NCBI GenBank assembly: GCA_037200005.1
Contig: JBBCGY010000001.1
Span: forward strand, 42,416 to 106,415
Length of the DNA: 64,000 bases
Direction of reading: 5' to 3'
Origin: Alphaproteobacteria bacterium
GTDB lineage: Bacteria; Pseudomonadota; Alphaproteobacteria; UBA9219; RFNS01
Made by a program: the position numbers and the translations under genes
In this document: positions 35,664 through 46,024 of the stretch, in pieces
Numbering within the stretch: position 1 is the stretch's first letter
How the letters are laid out: each line of letters starts with the position of its first letter
The notes under the pieces: model-generated
Told to the model about the DNA's origin: nothing
Databases searched by the model: none
Seen by the model: only the letters and a program-made list of their open reading frames with translations

Positions 35664-36284
35664 CTATTCCCCAAAGACCCAATCGACCGGTATATAGACA
35701 TTCGCGGATAGAATCTCGGTGCCTGGATTAAGATAGGTCAGCCCGGCATTCGATATATGCCCGAAGGAAGCGGCGATCCGCATATCGTTATCGAAGCGCC
35801 AGCCCACCTCCATGGTGGAGCGGAACTCGACGAAAGAGCCAAGCCTCTTGCCGTTGCCGCGGTAATAAACGCCGACGACCTCGTTGGGAGCTATGAAGAA
35901 ATTCCTGCCGAAAGGAAAAATATCGAACATGAAGCCGCCATAGCCGTACAGCGCCCCCGAACTGGTGCCCTCGATTCCGGTCATGGGACGAATCTGAAAA
36001 TATTTATCCCAGCTCTTGAAACTATCCGACACGATCGGCAGCAGCGACGTGCCCCAGCGATATTCGGCGCGGAAATCCACCGCCTGATGGCGGGGATTAT
36101 TCTGGTCGACGTCATAATAGCCAACGCTGAAGCCCAGAAGATCGGGCTGCTTCCACCACAGCAAATTCCTGTCCTCGGCGGACGCGTCCTGCGACCGCAC
36201 ATAGGTCAAGGGCGGCTCGGCAGCGTGGGCCAGGCCGGCGATCAGGCATGAAAGAACGAGCGCGGCGCAGAACTTCATGGGCAT
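35664..36284 (-). CDS. outer-membrane acyloxyacyl hydrolase / lipid A 3-O-deacylase (PagL-like)
   Basis: signal peptide MKFCAALVLSCLIAGLAHA; 'FGHISNAG' matches the PagL catalytic His-Ser motif; beta-barrel-like alternating pattern. Confidence 0.55.
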   Translation of the reverse strand: MPMKFCAALVLSCLIAGLAHAAEPPLTYVRSQDASAEDRNLLWWKQPDLLGFSVGYYDVDQNNPRHQAVDFRAEYRWGTSLLPIVSDSFKSWDKYFQIRPMTGIEGTSSGALYGYGGFMFDIFPFGRNFFIAPNEVVGVYYRGNGKRLGSFVEFRSTMEVGWRFDNDMRIAASFGHISNAGLTYLNPGTEILSANVYIPVDWVFGE

Positions 36285-36351
36285 GGGAGAACCTTCGGAA
36301 AGAGCGATCTTCGGAGACGGAGCCGGATTCTGCGCAGAGGCGGGAATTTTA

Positions 36352-39054
36352 TCAAGGACGTTTTGCTTGCCGCCCCGGCGAGGCGAGGGATTTCGTGACG
36401 ATTTCATAGCTATTGGTCGAAAGGCCCCTGACCGCCTGCAATTCCTTAAGCGCCGCCTGCATCAATTTCTGCCGCGCGGGATCGAAGCTCCGCCAGCGGT
36501 CGAACGCCCCGGCAAGCCGGGCGGCCATCTGCGGATTGAGCTTATCGACCTTGCTGATTTCCTCCACCAGCAAACGATAGCCCGCGCCCGACGCCGCGTG
36601 AAAGGCGAACAGATTGCCGGCAAAGCCGCCGATCAGCGAACGCAGCTTGTTGGGATTGGCGCGGTCGAAGTCCGGATGTTTCAATAGTTCCCTAACCCGC
36701 CGCACCGTATCGCCGCGCCCTGCCGACGCTTGCACCGCGAACCATTTATTAATGACGAGCTCGTCCTCGCGCCAGCGGGCATAGAAATCCATCAGCGCGC
36801 GGATTCTGAGCTTGTCGCCGCTTTGCACGAGCACGCCGAGCGCGGCGGCCTGATCGGTCATGTTGGGCGACTGCCGCACTTGCGCCGCCGCCGCGGCCAA
36901 AGCCTTCCCATCGCCGCTCAGTCCCAGATAGCCAAGGCACAGGTTTTTCAAGGCGCGCGCGCCCATCGCCTTGCCGTCCACCCCATAGGGATCGGGCGCG
37001 AGATCGCGCCAGCGCGCCCAGAACAAATCGCGATGCTCGCGGGCGATCGCGCGGCGCAAGGCATCGCGCGCCTTCTGCACGGCGGCCGGATCGACGGTCT
37101 TGCCCGCCGCCGCGAGCAACAGCGCGATTTCATGCTCGCCGGGTATTTGCAAAAGCAGCGCGGCGAAGGCCGGATCGAGCGTCTTGTCGGCCAGAACCGC
37201 GCCCAGCGCCGCGATGAATTTTTCCGGCATCGCCGGTTTGCGCCCGGCCTTGAAAGCGGCGACGAGGCGCAGCAATATGCGGTTGAACAATGTCTGTCCG
37301 GCATCGAAACGGCTGAAGGAATCTGTATCGTGCGCCAGCAGAAAAAGCAGTTCCGATTCCCGCCAGGCGTAATCAACCCGCACCGGCGCCGAGAAATTCC
37401 GCAACAGAGAGGGGATCGGCTCGGATTCGATATTCTTGAACGTGAAATTCTCGACCGGCTTGCGCAGCTGCAAAATCTCGGTGCCGATAAGATCGCGCCC
37501 GCTTTTATCCAGAAGGCCGATAGCGAAAGGAATATGCAGCGGGCGCTTCTTCGGCTGCCCCGGCGTCGGCGGGCAGGATTGCCTGACCTGCAGGGCATAA
37601 GTCTGTTTCTTCTTGTTATAGCGCGACGTCACCTTGAGCAGCGGCGTGCCCGCCTGGCTGTACCACAGCTTGAATTGATCGAGATCGACGCGGTTGGCAT
37701 CGCTCATCGCGGCGACGAAATCGTCGCAGGTCGCGGCGCTGCCGTCATGCCGCTTGACATAGAGCTTCATCCCGCGCTGCCAGCCGGTTTCGCCGAGCAT
37801 GAGATGGAGCATATGGCATAATTCCGCGCCCTTCTGGTAAATCGTCGACGTATAGAAATTGTCGATGGTGAGATAGCTTTCGGGACGGACGGGGTGCGCG
37901 TTCGGCCCGGAATCTTCGGCGAATTGCTGAATTCGCAGCCCGCGCACTTCACGTACCCGCTCGACGGCGGGCGAATTCATCGCCTCGACGAATTGCCGCT
38001 CGCGGAATACCGTCAGCCCTTCTTTCAAACTCAGCTGAAACCAGTCGCGGCAGGTGATGCGGTTGCCGGTCCAGTTATGGAAATATTCATGGCCGACGAC
38101 GCGCTCGACGAAGGAAATATCGCCGTCGGTCGCGGTTTCCGGGCGCGCCAGCACGCAATCGGAATTAAAGATATTGAGTCCCTTATTCTCCATCGCGCCC
38201 ATATTGAAGAAGCGCGTGGCGACGATCATGAACCGGTCGAGATCGTATTCGAGGCCGTAGGCCTCTTCGTCCCAGCGCATCGAATTCTTGAGCGCGCGCA
38301 GCGCGATGGCCGTCTGGCTTCCGTTGCCCGGCTCGACATAGATTTCGAGCAGCACCTTGCGCCCGGATTGGGTGACGAATTTGTCCGGCACGCGGTCAAG
38401 CTTGCCCGCGACCATGGCGAACAGATAACAGGGTTTCGGAAACGGGTCTTCCCACGACACCCAATGCCTTCCACGGAGCCGTCCGCCGGCAATCCTGCCC
38501 TTGCCGATGAGATTGCCGTTCGAGAGCAGCACCGGATATCGCGCCGCGTCCGCTTCGATCCGCACGCGAAACCGCGCCAGCACGTCGGGCCGGTCGGGAT
38601 AATAGGTGATGCGGCGAAATCCTTCGGCCTCGCATTGGGTGCAAAGCATGTCGCCGGACTGATAAAAACCGGACAGCGCGGTATTTTTATGCGGCTCGTG
38701 CGTGCTGACGATCTCGAGCGTAAAGGGCTTGCCGCCATCCGGCACGAGCTTTTTCAGGACGATAAGATGCTCCGGCGTGACCTCATATTCCGCCGCCGCG
38801 AGCTTGCGGCCATCGAGGCGGACTTCCTTCAAATCCTGCGCTTCGCCGTTCAGGGTCAGCGCGCCGCCCGCGGACGCGGCGGGATTGCGCTTCATGCGCA
38901 GCGTCGCGTGGACCCGCGTATGATCGTCATGAATTTGCACATCGAGCGCCGTATCCGTAACCAGAAACGGCGGGGGCGAATAATCGGCCCGCAGCACGGG
39001 CATGGGCTTGGGCGGCGTGGGCGCGTCATAGGGGAATTTAGAAAATTTAGACAC
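36352..39054 (-). CDS. pepN: aminopeptidase N
   Basis: 'GAMEN' exopeptidase motif and 'HEYFHNWTGNRIT...E' (HExxH-x18-E) zincin motif; 900 aa. Confidence 0.9.
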   Translation of the reverse strand: MSKFSKFPYDAPTPPKPMPVLRADYSPPPFLVTDTALDVQIHDDHTRVHATLRMKRNPAASAGGALTLNGEAQDLKEVRLDGRKLAAAEYEVTPEHLIVLKKLVPDGGKPFTLEIVSTHEPHKNTALSGFYQSGDMLCTQCEAEGFRRITYYPDRPDVLARFRVRIEADAARYPVLLSNGNLIGKGRIAGGRLRGRHWVSWEDPFPKPCYLFAMVAGKLDRVPDKFVTQSGRKVLLEIYVEPGNGSQTAIALRALKNSMRWDEEAYGLEYDLDRFMIVATRFFNMGAMENKGLNIFNSDCVLARPETATDGDISFVERVVGHEYFHNWTGNRITCRDWFQLSLKEGLTVFRERQFVEAMNSPAVERVREVRGLRIQQFAEDSGPNAHPVRPESYLTIDNFYTSTIYQKGAELCHMLHLMLGETGWQRGMKLYVKRHDGSAATCDDFVAAMSDANRVDLDQFKLWYSQAGTPLLKVTSRYNKKKQTYALQVRQSCPPTPGQPKKRPLHIPFAIGLLDKSGRDLIGTEILQLRKPVENFTFKNIESEPIPSLLRNFSAPVRVDYAWRESELLFLLAHDTDSFSRFDAGQTLFNRILLRLVAAFKAGRKPAMPEKFIAALGAVLADKTLDPAFAALLLQIPGEHEIALLLAAAGKTVDPAAVQKARDALRRAIAREHRDLFWARWRDLAPDPYGVDGKAMGARALKNLCLGYLGLSGDGKALAAAAAQVRQSPNMTDQAAALGVLVQSGDKLRIRALMDFYARWREDELVINKWFAVQASAGRGDTVRRVRELLKHPDFDRANPNKLRSLIGGFAGNLFAFHAASGAGYRLLVEEISKVDKLNPQMAARLAGAFDRWRSFDPARQKLMQAALKELQAVRGLSTNSYEIVTKSLASPGRQAKRP

Positions 39055-39133
39055 GGGCTGATCTCCGACGGAACCATATAGACATCAGAGAAGCTTGCGG
39101 CAAAAGTCAATCGGACTCAAGCGCCGTCCGGCA

Positions 39134-39805
39134 TTAGGCCTCCAGCGCGGTCTTCTGGAACGTACGGCGCAGCATCGTCTGGTCTATATTATAGCGCTGT
39201 TCCGCATCATAGCCGAGCACGGGCATATTGCCCGGCGTCGCCCCTTCGCGCGGCTTCAGCGCGCCGAGATAAAGGAAACCGACCTGCCCAAGAATCATGT
39301 TCCGCATCACGAAAGGCAGATAGCCCGGACGGGGCCAGCCGTCGGCGATGCCGCGCGGCTTGTCGTAATCGGGATAGCCGAAAATCTCCGCGCCGCGCAT
39401 GGTGCGAAAACCGCCCGCGCCGCCGCCCGTCTTGCCGCCGGTCTCTCCGCCGCTTTTTTCGCCGGAATTTTTCTTTTCACCGTCGTCATTGGCGGCAAAG
39501 CCGCCGCGCCAGTCGTCATGCAGCAAATCCTGCAGCGTTTTCGAAGTATCCGGCAATTCGCGCAGGAACCGCCTGTAGACCATCGCGTAATTATGCCGGT
39601 AAAGATCGCCATGCTCCCGGTCGCGCTGCGTTTTCAGCCAAAGCGCTTTCAGCTCTGACCGGTAGTACCGGAAAAAGTCGGCCTCTTTTTCCCTGTCATG
39701 CTCGGCGAGGGTATATTGGATGACGCCCATCTGGTCATAGACGATGTCGCTCCATTCCCACCAGAAACGCATGGGGATCTTTTTTTGCGGTACGAGTAGA
39801 GTCAT
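39134..39805 (-). CDS. hypothetical protein with Gly/Lys-rich low-complexity segment
   Basis: 223-aa ORF; no recognisable catalytic motif. Confidence 0.4.
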   Translation of the reverse strand: MTLLVPQKKIPMRFWWEWSDIVYDQMGVIQYTLAEHDREKEADFFRYYRSELKALWLKTQRDREHGDLYRHNYAMVYRRFLRELPDTSKTLQDLLHDDWRGGFAANDDGEKKNSGEKSGGETGGKTGGGAGGFRTMRGAEIFGYPDYDKPRGIADGWPRPGYLPFVMRNMILGQVGFLYLGALKPREGATPGNMPVLGYDAEQRYNIDQTMLRRTFQKTALEA

Positions 39806-39915
39806 GGCCGGATTATTGCTCCTTCCCGTTGCAAAAGTAAATTCCTGTTTTTAGGCAAGTCATGAGTATATATCTTGTATGAACCGGTCTTGCGTTAACT
39901 ATAATAAACTCCGCC

Positions 39916-41109
39916 ATGAATGATCCTGCCGCCGATTCTCGCCCCTTGCTCCTTTATCTCGTCACCGAGGATTGGGCCTTTATGTCCCATCGGCTTCCGG
40001 TGGCGCGGGGGGCCGAAGAAGCCGGGATGCGCGTCGGCGTCATGACGCGCGTCGGACGGCATGGCGGGGACATTCAGGCGCTCGGCTATGATTTATATCC
40101 CCTTCAATGGGTCAGGCGCAGCCTTAACCCGCTCAGGATTCTGCGCGATCTTACGCAGATTATCGCGCTATATCGCCGCCTTCGCCCGCGCATCGCGCAG
40201 CATGTGGCCCTCAAGGCCGTTCTCATAGGAGGCCTCGCGGCGCGGTTCGCCGATATCCCGGCGCAAATCGCCGCGATCAACGGCGTGGGTTTCGTCTTTA
40301 CCGATCCGGGGCTGAAGGCGCGCCTCATGCGCCTCGCTTTCGTGCCCATGCTGCGTTTTGTCCTGCGCCGCGAGCATGTCATGGCATGGTTCCAGAATGC
40401 GGACGACCGCGATTTATTCATCAGGCTCGGCATCGTCGTGCCGGAACAAACCGTCATCCTGCGCGGCGCGGGCGTCGATACCGATATATTGCAGCCGGCG
40501 CCGGAAGCGGCCGGCCCCATCACATGCGCTTATGCCGGACGGATGCTGCGCTCGAAAGGCGTGGACGCGCTGGTCGAGGCCGTGCGGCGATGCAGGGCCG
40601 AAGGCATGGATCTTCGCCTTCTTCTGGCCGGATCGGCCGACGACAATCCGACCAGTTTCTCGCAGCAACAGCTCGAAGCCTGGAATCGCATGGAAGGGAT
40701 CGAGCATCTTGGCCACATTTCGGACATCGGCGATCTGTGGAGACGGGCGCATATCGCCGTCCTGCCCTGCCGCGTGCGCGAGGGAATGCCGAAAACCCTG
40801 CTCGACGCGGCGGCATGCGGGCGGCCCATCGTGGCCAGCGACCTCGAAGGCGTGCGGGAAGTCGCGCGGCACGGGCATAACGCCATCCTCGTTCCGCCTG
40901 GCGATACGAATGCGCTCGCGGCGGCGCTCGCGGCGCTGACGAAAGACGCGGCGCGGCGGCAAAATATGGGGCGCGAAAGCCGCGCCATGGTCATGGGAGA
41001 AATGTCGGCAGCCGCCATTCAGGCAGGCGCGGCGGCGATTTACCGCCGGATCATAGCGTCTTCCCGATCAGCGCCGGATTCCCTTCGGCGTCGCGGGCCC
41101 GCATCGTGA
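39916..41109 (+). CDS. glycosyltransferase family 1 (GT4-like)
   Basis: C-terminal 'LLLAGSADD...EGMPKTLLDAAACGRPIVASDLEGVREVARHGHNAILVPPGD' matches the GT1 EX7E region. Confidence 0.8.
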   Translation: MNDPAADSRPLLLYLVTEDWAFMSHRLPVARGAEEAGMRVGVMTRVGRHGGDIQALGYDLYPLQWVRRSLNPLRILRDLTQIIALYRRLRPRIAQHVALKAVLIGGLAARFADIPAQIAAINGVGFVFTDPGLKARLMRLAFVPMLRFVLRREHVMAWFQNADDRDLFIRLGIVVPEQTVILRGAGVDTDILQPAPEAAGPITCAYAGRMLRSKGVDALVEAVRRCRAEGMDLRLLLAGSADDNPTSFSQQQLEAWNRMEGIEHLGHISDIGDLWRRAHIAVLPCRVREGMPKTLLDAAACGRPIVASDLEGVREVARHGHNAILVPPGDTNALAAALAALTKDAARRQNMGRESRAMVMGEMSAAAIQAGAAAIYRRIIASSRSAPDSLRRRGPAS

Positions 41110-41803
41110 ACGTGCCGCGCGCGCAAAGCCGCCGCGCGCCGGTCAGAAAATTTTCGGCGGTCATGGCGACCGAAACCGTGACGTCGCTTCCGGAAACGGC
41201 CGTGGGATGAGCGACCAGATCGATCAATTCGCCCTGATAAGAGGGCAAATGGAAGTCGATCTCCCCTGACGCGATCATGATCATGGACTGACGGCAAAAG
41301 CGCGACGCCGCCACGAAGGCGGCCTTGCCCATCAACCCGAGCGCCGCGCCATGATCGAGTTCGCCATGATGATCGGTGGAGTCGGGAAAGATCATTTCCA
41401 TCATATGCGCCGCGTGAGGCGGCAAGGGCCGGTCGTCGCCGGGCGCCGCGCGGATCGGCTCCTTGCCGTCCACCGCCACGAGAACGAAGCTGCCGCGCGC
41501 GCAAAGCTTGCGCGTTCCCGCGATCAGGTCTTCGGCATAGAGTTCGACTCCGGCGGCGAGCGATGTGTTGCCGACTCGCTCGATGCTGCCGGCAAGTTCG
41601 ACAAGCTGACCCTGGCGCGCCGGAGCGAGGAAATCGATCTGAGCCGCGGAGGCCGTGACGAAATTGCGCCGCGCATAGCGGCTCCCGGTCAGGAAGGCCG
41701 TCTTATCCATCAGTGCCAGCGCCGTGCCGCCGTAAAGCGTGCCGTGATGATTGGCCTGCTTCGGCACGACGAGTTCGACGATCTTGGTGACGGCGAGAGG
41801 CAT
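41051..41803 (-). CDS. tandem hotdog-fold acyl-CoA thioesterase
   Basis: two repeats of 'HHG.L.GG.AL.LMDKAAF' (4HBT/YciA-like) in one 250-aa protein. Confidence 0.7.
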   Translation of the reverse strand: MPLAVTKIVELVVPKQANHHGTLYGGTALALMDKTAFLTGSRYARRNFVTASAAQIDFLAPARQGQLVELAGSIERVGNTSLAAGVELYAEDLIAGTRKLCARGSFVLVAVDGKEPIRAAPGDDRPLPPHAAHMMEMIFPDSTDHHGELDHGAALGLMGKAAFVAASRFCRQSMIMIASGEIDFHLPSYQGELIDLVAHPTAVSGSDVTVSVAMTAENFLTGARRLCARGTFTMRARDAEGNPALIGKTL

Positions 41804-41806
41804 GCT

Positions 41807-42673
41807 TTATCCTGCGCGGGATTTCGGGAACATGAAAGCGAGCGGCAGCGCCAAAGTCTGCATGATGAGAATCAGCACCCGGAAGCTCAGAGCGTAAAGC
41901 GCCGCCACGCCCTTAGCGTCGCCCCACAGCATCAGCGAGAAAACCCAGCCCCATTCGGCGAGGCCGAGATTGCCCGGCGTCAGCGGGACCAGCACCGTCA
42001 AAGTGGCGAACGGCAGGGCGTAGGCGATATGGGCGGGCGCAAGCGCCAGATTGAACGCCATCGCTCCCAAGAGCAGACGCAGCGTCATGAACAGGATGCG
42101 CAGGAACGACCACATCAAGGCTTCGGGAAAGACCAGGCGCGGAAAAATTTTAACGCCTGCCGCGCCGCCCAGCACAGCGACCCCAAGCCCGCATATCAGC
42201 CAGGCCGGGAAGCTGATATCCATCCATAGCTGCAGCAGGCTGCCGGGCATGAACGCCATGACGATGAACAATTCCCCCAGCTGGTCGACCATCGCATTCT
42301 TGAAACCACGCTTCCAGTTGCGCTCTCCGCCGCCATGCGTCGCCAGCGCGCGTCCGGCGATCAACGCCACGGTCGAGGGCAGGATTTGCGCGAGCCAGCT
42401 TTGCCAGACGAAATGCCGCCAGTAATAACCGGTGGCGTGCGGCGCATGATGATCGAGGGCGCGGTCGAGAAACGCCCATTTGCGCGCGCCCGTCCACAGC
42501 ATCAGGAATGTCAGCGCGACGACCCCGATCAAGGCCTGAATATTGATATTCTCGAGAAGCTGCCGCCGGTCGTCGCCGGTCAACGCCGTCTGCCGCACGA
42601 GATAAATGCAAAGCCCCAGGCCGAGCGCGAGGCCCGCCGCGGCCTGAAGAGCCAGAGGAATACGTTTTTTCAT
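41807..42673 (-). CDS. integral membrane protein, lysylphosphatidylglycerol-synthase TM-region/flippase-like family
   Basis: 288 aa from internal Met (MKKRIPLALQ...) with 'aggag'-free ATGA overlap with the upstream GT gene; ~8 TM helices; the upstream part of the ORF is Arg-rich and implausible. Confidence 0.5.
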   Translation of the reverse strand: MKKRIPLALQAAAGLALGLGLCIYLVRQTALTGDDRRQLLENINIQALIGVVALTFLMLWTGARKWAFLDRALDHHAPHATGYYWRHFVWQSWLAQILPSTVALIAGRALATHGGGERNWKRGFKNAMVDQLGELFIVMAFMPGSLLQLWMDISFPAWLICGLGVAVLGGAAGVKIFPRLVFPEALMWSFLRILFMTLRLLLGAMAFNLALAPAHIAYALPFATLTVLVPLTPGNLGLAEWGWVFSLMLWGDAKGVAALYALSFRVLILIMQTLALPLAFMFPKSRAG

Positions 42674-43824
42674 GGGATCAGCCCGCGAAAAATCGCCGCG
42701 TAATTCTCGACGGCGTCCGGCCACGACCAGTTGGACAATGCGAAGGCTGCCAGCTCGGCGCGCCGCGTCTCCAGTTTTTCCGGATCGGCCAGAACAGCCT
42801 TGATTCTTTCCGCCCAGCGCGCCGCCGTCGCCTCGGGATCGGCGGAATCGACGGTTTCCGTAAACAATATCTCCGGCAGGCGCGCGTCGGCTCCCGCGAT
42901 CTCGGCGCCGCAAAGAATCGGAAGACCGCAGGCGGCGGCTTCCTGAACCACCAGCGGAAAGCCCTCGCCGCTGCTGGGCAAAACCAGAAGATCGGCGGCC
43001 TGATAAAGTTCGGCGACGCCCGCGCCATTGCGATCCCGCACCGCCATGCAATTGCGCAATCCCCACAGCGCGGGATCGAGCGGGCCGCGCCCGGCGAACA
43101 TCCAGTCATATTCCGGCAGCGAAGCCGCGAGGCGCTTCAGCGCCGGCAATCCCTTTTTCTCGACGAAGCGCCCCACGAACAGCATGGCGGGCTGTTCGTC
43201 CAGGCCGAATTTCTGCCGCAGCACATGGCGCCGGTCGGACGTGACCGGCTTGAAAACGCTGGTCAGCACGCCGTTGGGAATTAATTGCGGCGCGTGCTTC
43301 CATTTGCCGATCAGGCCGGAGAAATAATCCTGCACCTGCGCGGCGATGAACACCGTCTGGTCGGCATGCTGGAGCATCTTCGCGGCGATCCAGCGATTCC
43401 CGTGACGCATAAGGTCGCGCAGCAGGCGGTTTTGATAAGGCACCGCGCCGATATGCTGGGTAATCACCACCGGCCTTTTAAAGACTTTCGCGAACAGATA
43501 CGCGGCGATATTGCCGGAATAAAGCGTATCATGCAGCCACAGCGCGTCATGCTCGCGCACCGCTCTCGCCAGCTTCATCAGCGCCCGCGGCGACCAGACC
43601 GGCATCGGCACGCCGTATTTCCGCTCGATGATGTTGGTGCCTCCCATCGGCAGATAGGTCACGCCCGGCAGCTCGACCACCGGATCGCAGGCCGTTGCCG
43701 CCCAGGTGAAATCGATGCCCGGCGCGACCTGGCGCATCGTCAGCAGCAATTGCCGCGCGACCAGCTCAATCCCGCCGCCATGAGCGGGGTAATAATGCGT
43801 GACGACCAGAACCTTCATAACCAC
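42670..43824 (-). CDS. glycosyltransferase family 1 (GT4)
   Basis: 'VLPSSGEGFPLVVQEAAACGLPIL' EX7E motif; N-terminal 'KVLVVTHYYPAHGGGIE'. Confidence 0.8.
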   Translation of the reverse strand: MVMKVLVVTHYYPAHGGGIELVARQLLLTMRQVAPGIDFTWAATACDPVVELPGVTYLPMGGTNIIERKYGVPMPVWSPRALMKLARAVREHDALWLHDTLYSGNIAAYLFAKVFKRPVVITQHIGAVPYQNRLLRDLMRHGNRWIAAKMLQHADQTVFIAAQVQDYFSGLIGKWKHAPQLIPNGVLTSVFKPVTSDRRHVLRQKFGLDEQPAMLFVGRFVEKKGLPALKRLAASLPEYDWMFAGRGPLDPALWGLRNCMAVRDRNGAGVAELYQAADLLVLPSSGEGFPLVVQEAAACGLPILCGAEIAGADARLPEILFTETVDSADPEATAARWAERIKAVLADPEKLETRRAELAAFALSNWSWPDAVENYAAIFRGLIP

Positions 43825-44849
43825 CGCACCTGCCCGGCAGCCTGCTGCTGCAGATCCAGCACCGCCATCGCATCCGCCGCGTCGATGCCTTGCGGCTTGG
43901 CGCCGGACGTCATGGCATCGGAGAAACGGCGGAACACTTCGTCATTGCCGTAATCTAGGCGTCCGCGAAGATAGGCGATGCCGTTCGGAACATATTGCGC
44001 CATATGCCAGGCGCAGGCGCGCAGACTCGTCCCCACGATCTGCGGCAGTTCATGCGCGCCGTCCTGCGGCAGGCGGATATAGAAATCGCGGAAGATATCG
44101 ACGATGCCCAGCGCCTTCTCGCCGCCGACGGTGAGCGTCCATTCGCTCAGCGGGCTGACAAAGTTGCAGCCTATCGTCACCGGAATATCGCGCTCGCCCT
44201 GATAGACGAGGCGGATTTCGTCCGGAGTATTGTCCTTCCCCTTCCGCCACGCCACCGCGTCGCGCAGCCGCATGCCGCCCGCGAGCCGCCGCAGCAGATA
44301 GAAGAAATGCGGACTTTCGTCATAAAACAGTCCAAGCGGCAATTGCTGATACCATACCGGCAGGCGGCGGCGCGGATTGCCGAGTTGCTGCGCCGCGATC
44401 CATTTCACCGCGCCCAGCCGCCCAGCCGCGATATCGCGCTCCAGCCGGGCGAAAGCGCGGGAGAACTGAAAATTATGCACGACCGCCAGAATCTTTCCCG
44501 AATCCGCCGAGGCTTTAAGCATGGCCCTGCCTTCGTCCCCGCTCATGGCGAAAGGCTTTTCGGTCAGCACATGCTTGCCCATGCCGAGCGCCTCGCGCGC
44601 AAGCTCCGCATGCGCAAAGGGCGGCGCGGCGATCGTCATTGCTTCGATTTCATCGCGCCACGGCGCATCGGCCAGGCTCATGCCGGCCGCGTGATAGGGA
44701 ATGCCGAACCGCTCGGCGACCATTTTAGCTTTGTCGGCATGCCGGTCGATGACTCCGGCAAGCTCGAGGCCGCCGCAGCGCATGATCGAGGGAATGTGCC
44801 GCGCCTGCGCGACCCAGCCCAGGCCGATGACGGCAACCTTACGCGCCAT
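43815..44849 (-). CDS. Gfo/Idh/MocA family oxidoreductase
   Basis: N-terminal Rossmann 'KVAVIGLGWVAQARHIP' and 'HVLTEKPFA' motif. Confidence 0.8.
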   Translation of the reverse strand: MARKVAVIGLGWVAQARHIPSIMRCGGLELAGVIDRHADKAKMVAERFGIPYHAAGMSLADAPWRDEIEAMTIAAPPFAHAELAREALGMGKHVLTEKPFAMSGDEGRAMLKASADSGKILAVVHNFQFSRAFARLERDIAAGRLGAVKWIAAQQLGNPRRRLPVWYQQLPLGLFYDESPHFFYLLRRLAGGMRLRDAVAWRKGKDNTPDEIRLVYQGERDIPVTIGCNFVSPLSEWTLTVGGEKALGIVDIFRDFYIRLPQDGAHELPQIVGTSLRACAWHMAQYVPNGIAYLRGRLDYGNDEVFRRFSDAMTSGAKPQGIDAADAMAVLDLQQQAAGQVRWL

Positions 44850-45975
44850 GGCGGGACGATCGCTTGGAAGTCAGGAACAGCACCATGTAACCCATCACGG
44901 CGGCAAGGAACGATCCGGTCATAATGGCAAGCCGCGTCCTATCGATCAAGGCTCCATCCTGAAAGCTGAGGCTGCCGATGAACAGGGCCATAGTGAAGCC
45001 GACGCCGCCCAGAATGCTCATGCCATAGACCTGCGCCCAGCCGGCATGCGGCGGCAGGCGCGAGATTCCCGATTTCACCGCCACCGCGATCGCGGAGAAA
45101 ATGCCGATCTGCTTGCCGAGAAACATGCCCAGCACGATGCCCCAGAAGACCGGATGATCGAGGGATTCAATCGTCATGCCTTTCAGCGTCACCCCCGCAT
45201 TGGCGAAGGCGAACACCGGAAGAATGGCGAAAGCCACCCATGCATGCAGCGCCGACAATACCTTCTTGCCGCTGGCGCGCGGCAGCGCGAAAGCCAGAAT
45301 CACGCCCGCGATGGTGGCGTGGATGCCGCTGTGATGCACGCAGTACCATAGCGGCACGCTCAGCAGCAGATACGGCCAAGCCCTGTCGATTTTCAGGCGG
45401 CGCAGTCCCCACATGGCGCCGACGATGGCAAGCGCATTGCCGACATACAGCGCGTCGAGCTGCCCGGCGTAAAATAATCCGATGATGAGGATCGAGCCGA
45501 GATCGTCCACGATGGCGAGCGTCAGCATGAAGACGCGCAGGCTGGGGGGCAGGCGCTTGGCCAGCAGTGCCATGATTCCCACGGCGAAAGCGATATCGGT
45601 CGCCGCCGGGACCGCCCAGCCGCGATAAAACTCCGGATGGCCTGCTACACAGATGAAATAGACGATGGCGGGTGCCACCATGCCGCCGAGCGCAGCGATG
45701 ATCGGCAGGCTGGCGCGCCGCCAATCGGAAAGCGAGCCGTGGGAACCCATTTCGCGTTTGATTTCCAGCCCGACGACCAGATAAAAAACCGGGATCAGCG
45801 CGTCGTTGATCCAGCCGGCATAATGGATGCCGAGAAACTCGACGCGCCAGAAAGCGTGATAGAAATCGGCCAGCGGCGTATTGGCCAAAATCAGCCCCGC
45901 CGATCCCGCCAGCAGCAGCACGATCCCGGACGCGGCTTCGTCGCGCAGAATTTTATGCAGCCATGATTTGGGCAC
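44839..45975 (-). CDS. nhaA: Na+/H+ antiporter NhaA
   Basis: 'AVPAATDIAFAVG' and 'LAIVDDLGSI' NhaA signatures; start assigned to GTG (VPKSWLHKIL) preceded by 'aggag'; the long upstream extension in the track is Arg/Pro-rich and implausible. Confidence 0.85.
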   Translation of the reverse strand: MPKSWLHKILRDEAASGIVLLLAGSAGLILANTPLADFYHAFWRVEFLGIHYAGWINDALIPVFYLVVGLEIKREMGSHGSLSDWRRASLPIIAALGGMVAPAIVYFICVAGHPEFYRGWAVPAATDIAFAVGIMALLAKRLPPSLRVFMLTLAIVDDLGSILIIGLFYAGQLDALYVGNALAIVGAMWGLRRLKIDRAWPYLLLSVPLWYCVHHSGIHATIAGVILAFALPRASGKKVLSALHAWVAFAILPVFAFANAGVTLKGMTIESLDHPVFWGIVLGMFLGKQIGIFSAIAVAVKSGISRLPPHAGWAQVYGMSILGGVGFTMALFIGSLSFQDGALIDRTRLAIMTGSFLAAVMGYMVLFLTSKRSSRHGA

Positions 45976-46024
45976 GGAAACTCCTGGAAACAACGGATGG
46001 ATTCGCGAGGATGGAATTATAGAA

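Noticed and set aside
36730-39081. Long plus-strand ORFs (363 and 395 aa) antisense to pepN
   Set aside because: Arg/Gly/His-rich translations with no motifs. The opposite strand encodes a complete aminopeptidase N with GAMEN and HExxH signatures. Typical high-GC antisense artefacts.
40358-41018. Four overlapping ORFs (both strands) inside the 39916-41109 glycosyltransferase gene
   Set aside because: GC-rich frame artefacts. Only the 397-aa frame shows the GT1 EX7E signature.
42674-43066. 131-aa Arg/Gly-rich N-terminal extension on the membrane-protein ORF 41807-43066
   Set aside because: Overlaps the upstream glycosyltransferase in another frame. Plausible start is MKKRIPLAL at 42673 with ATGA coupling.
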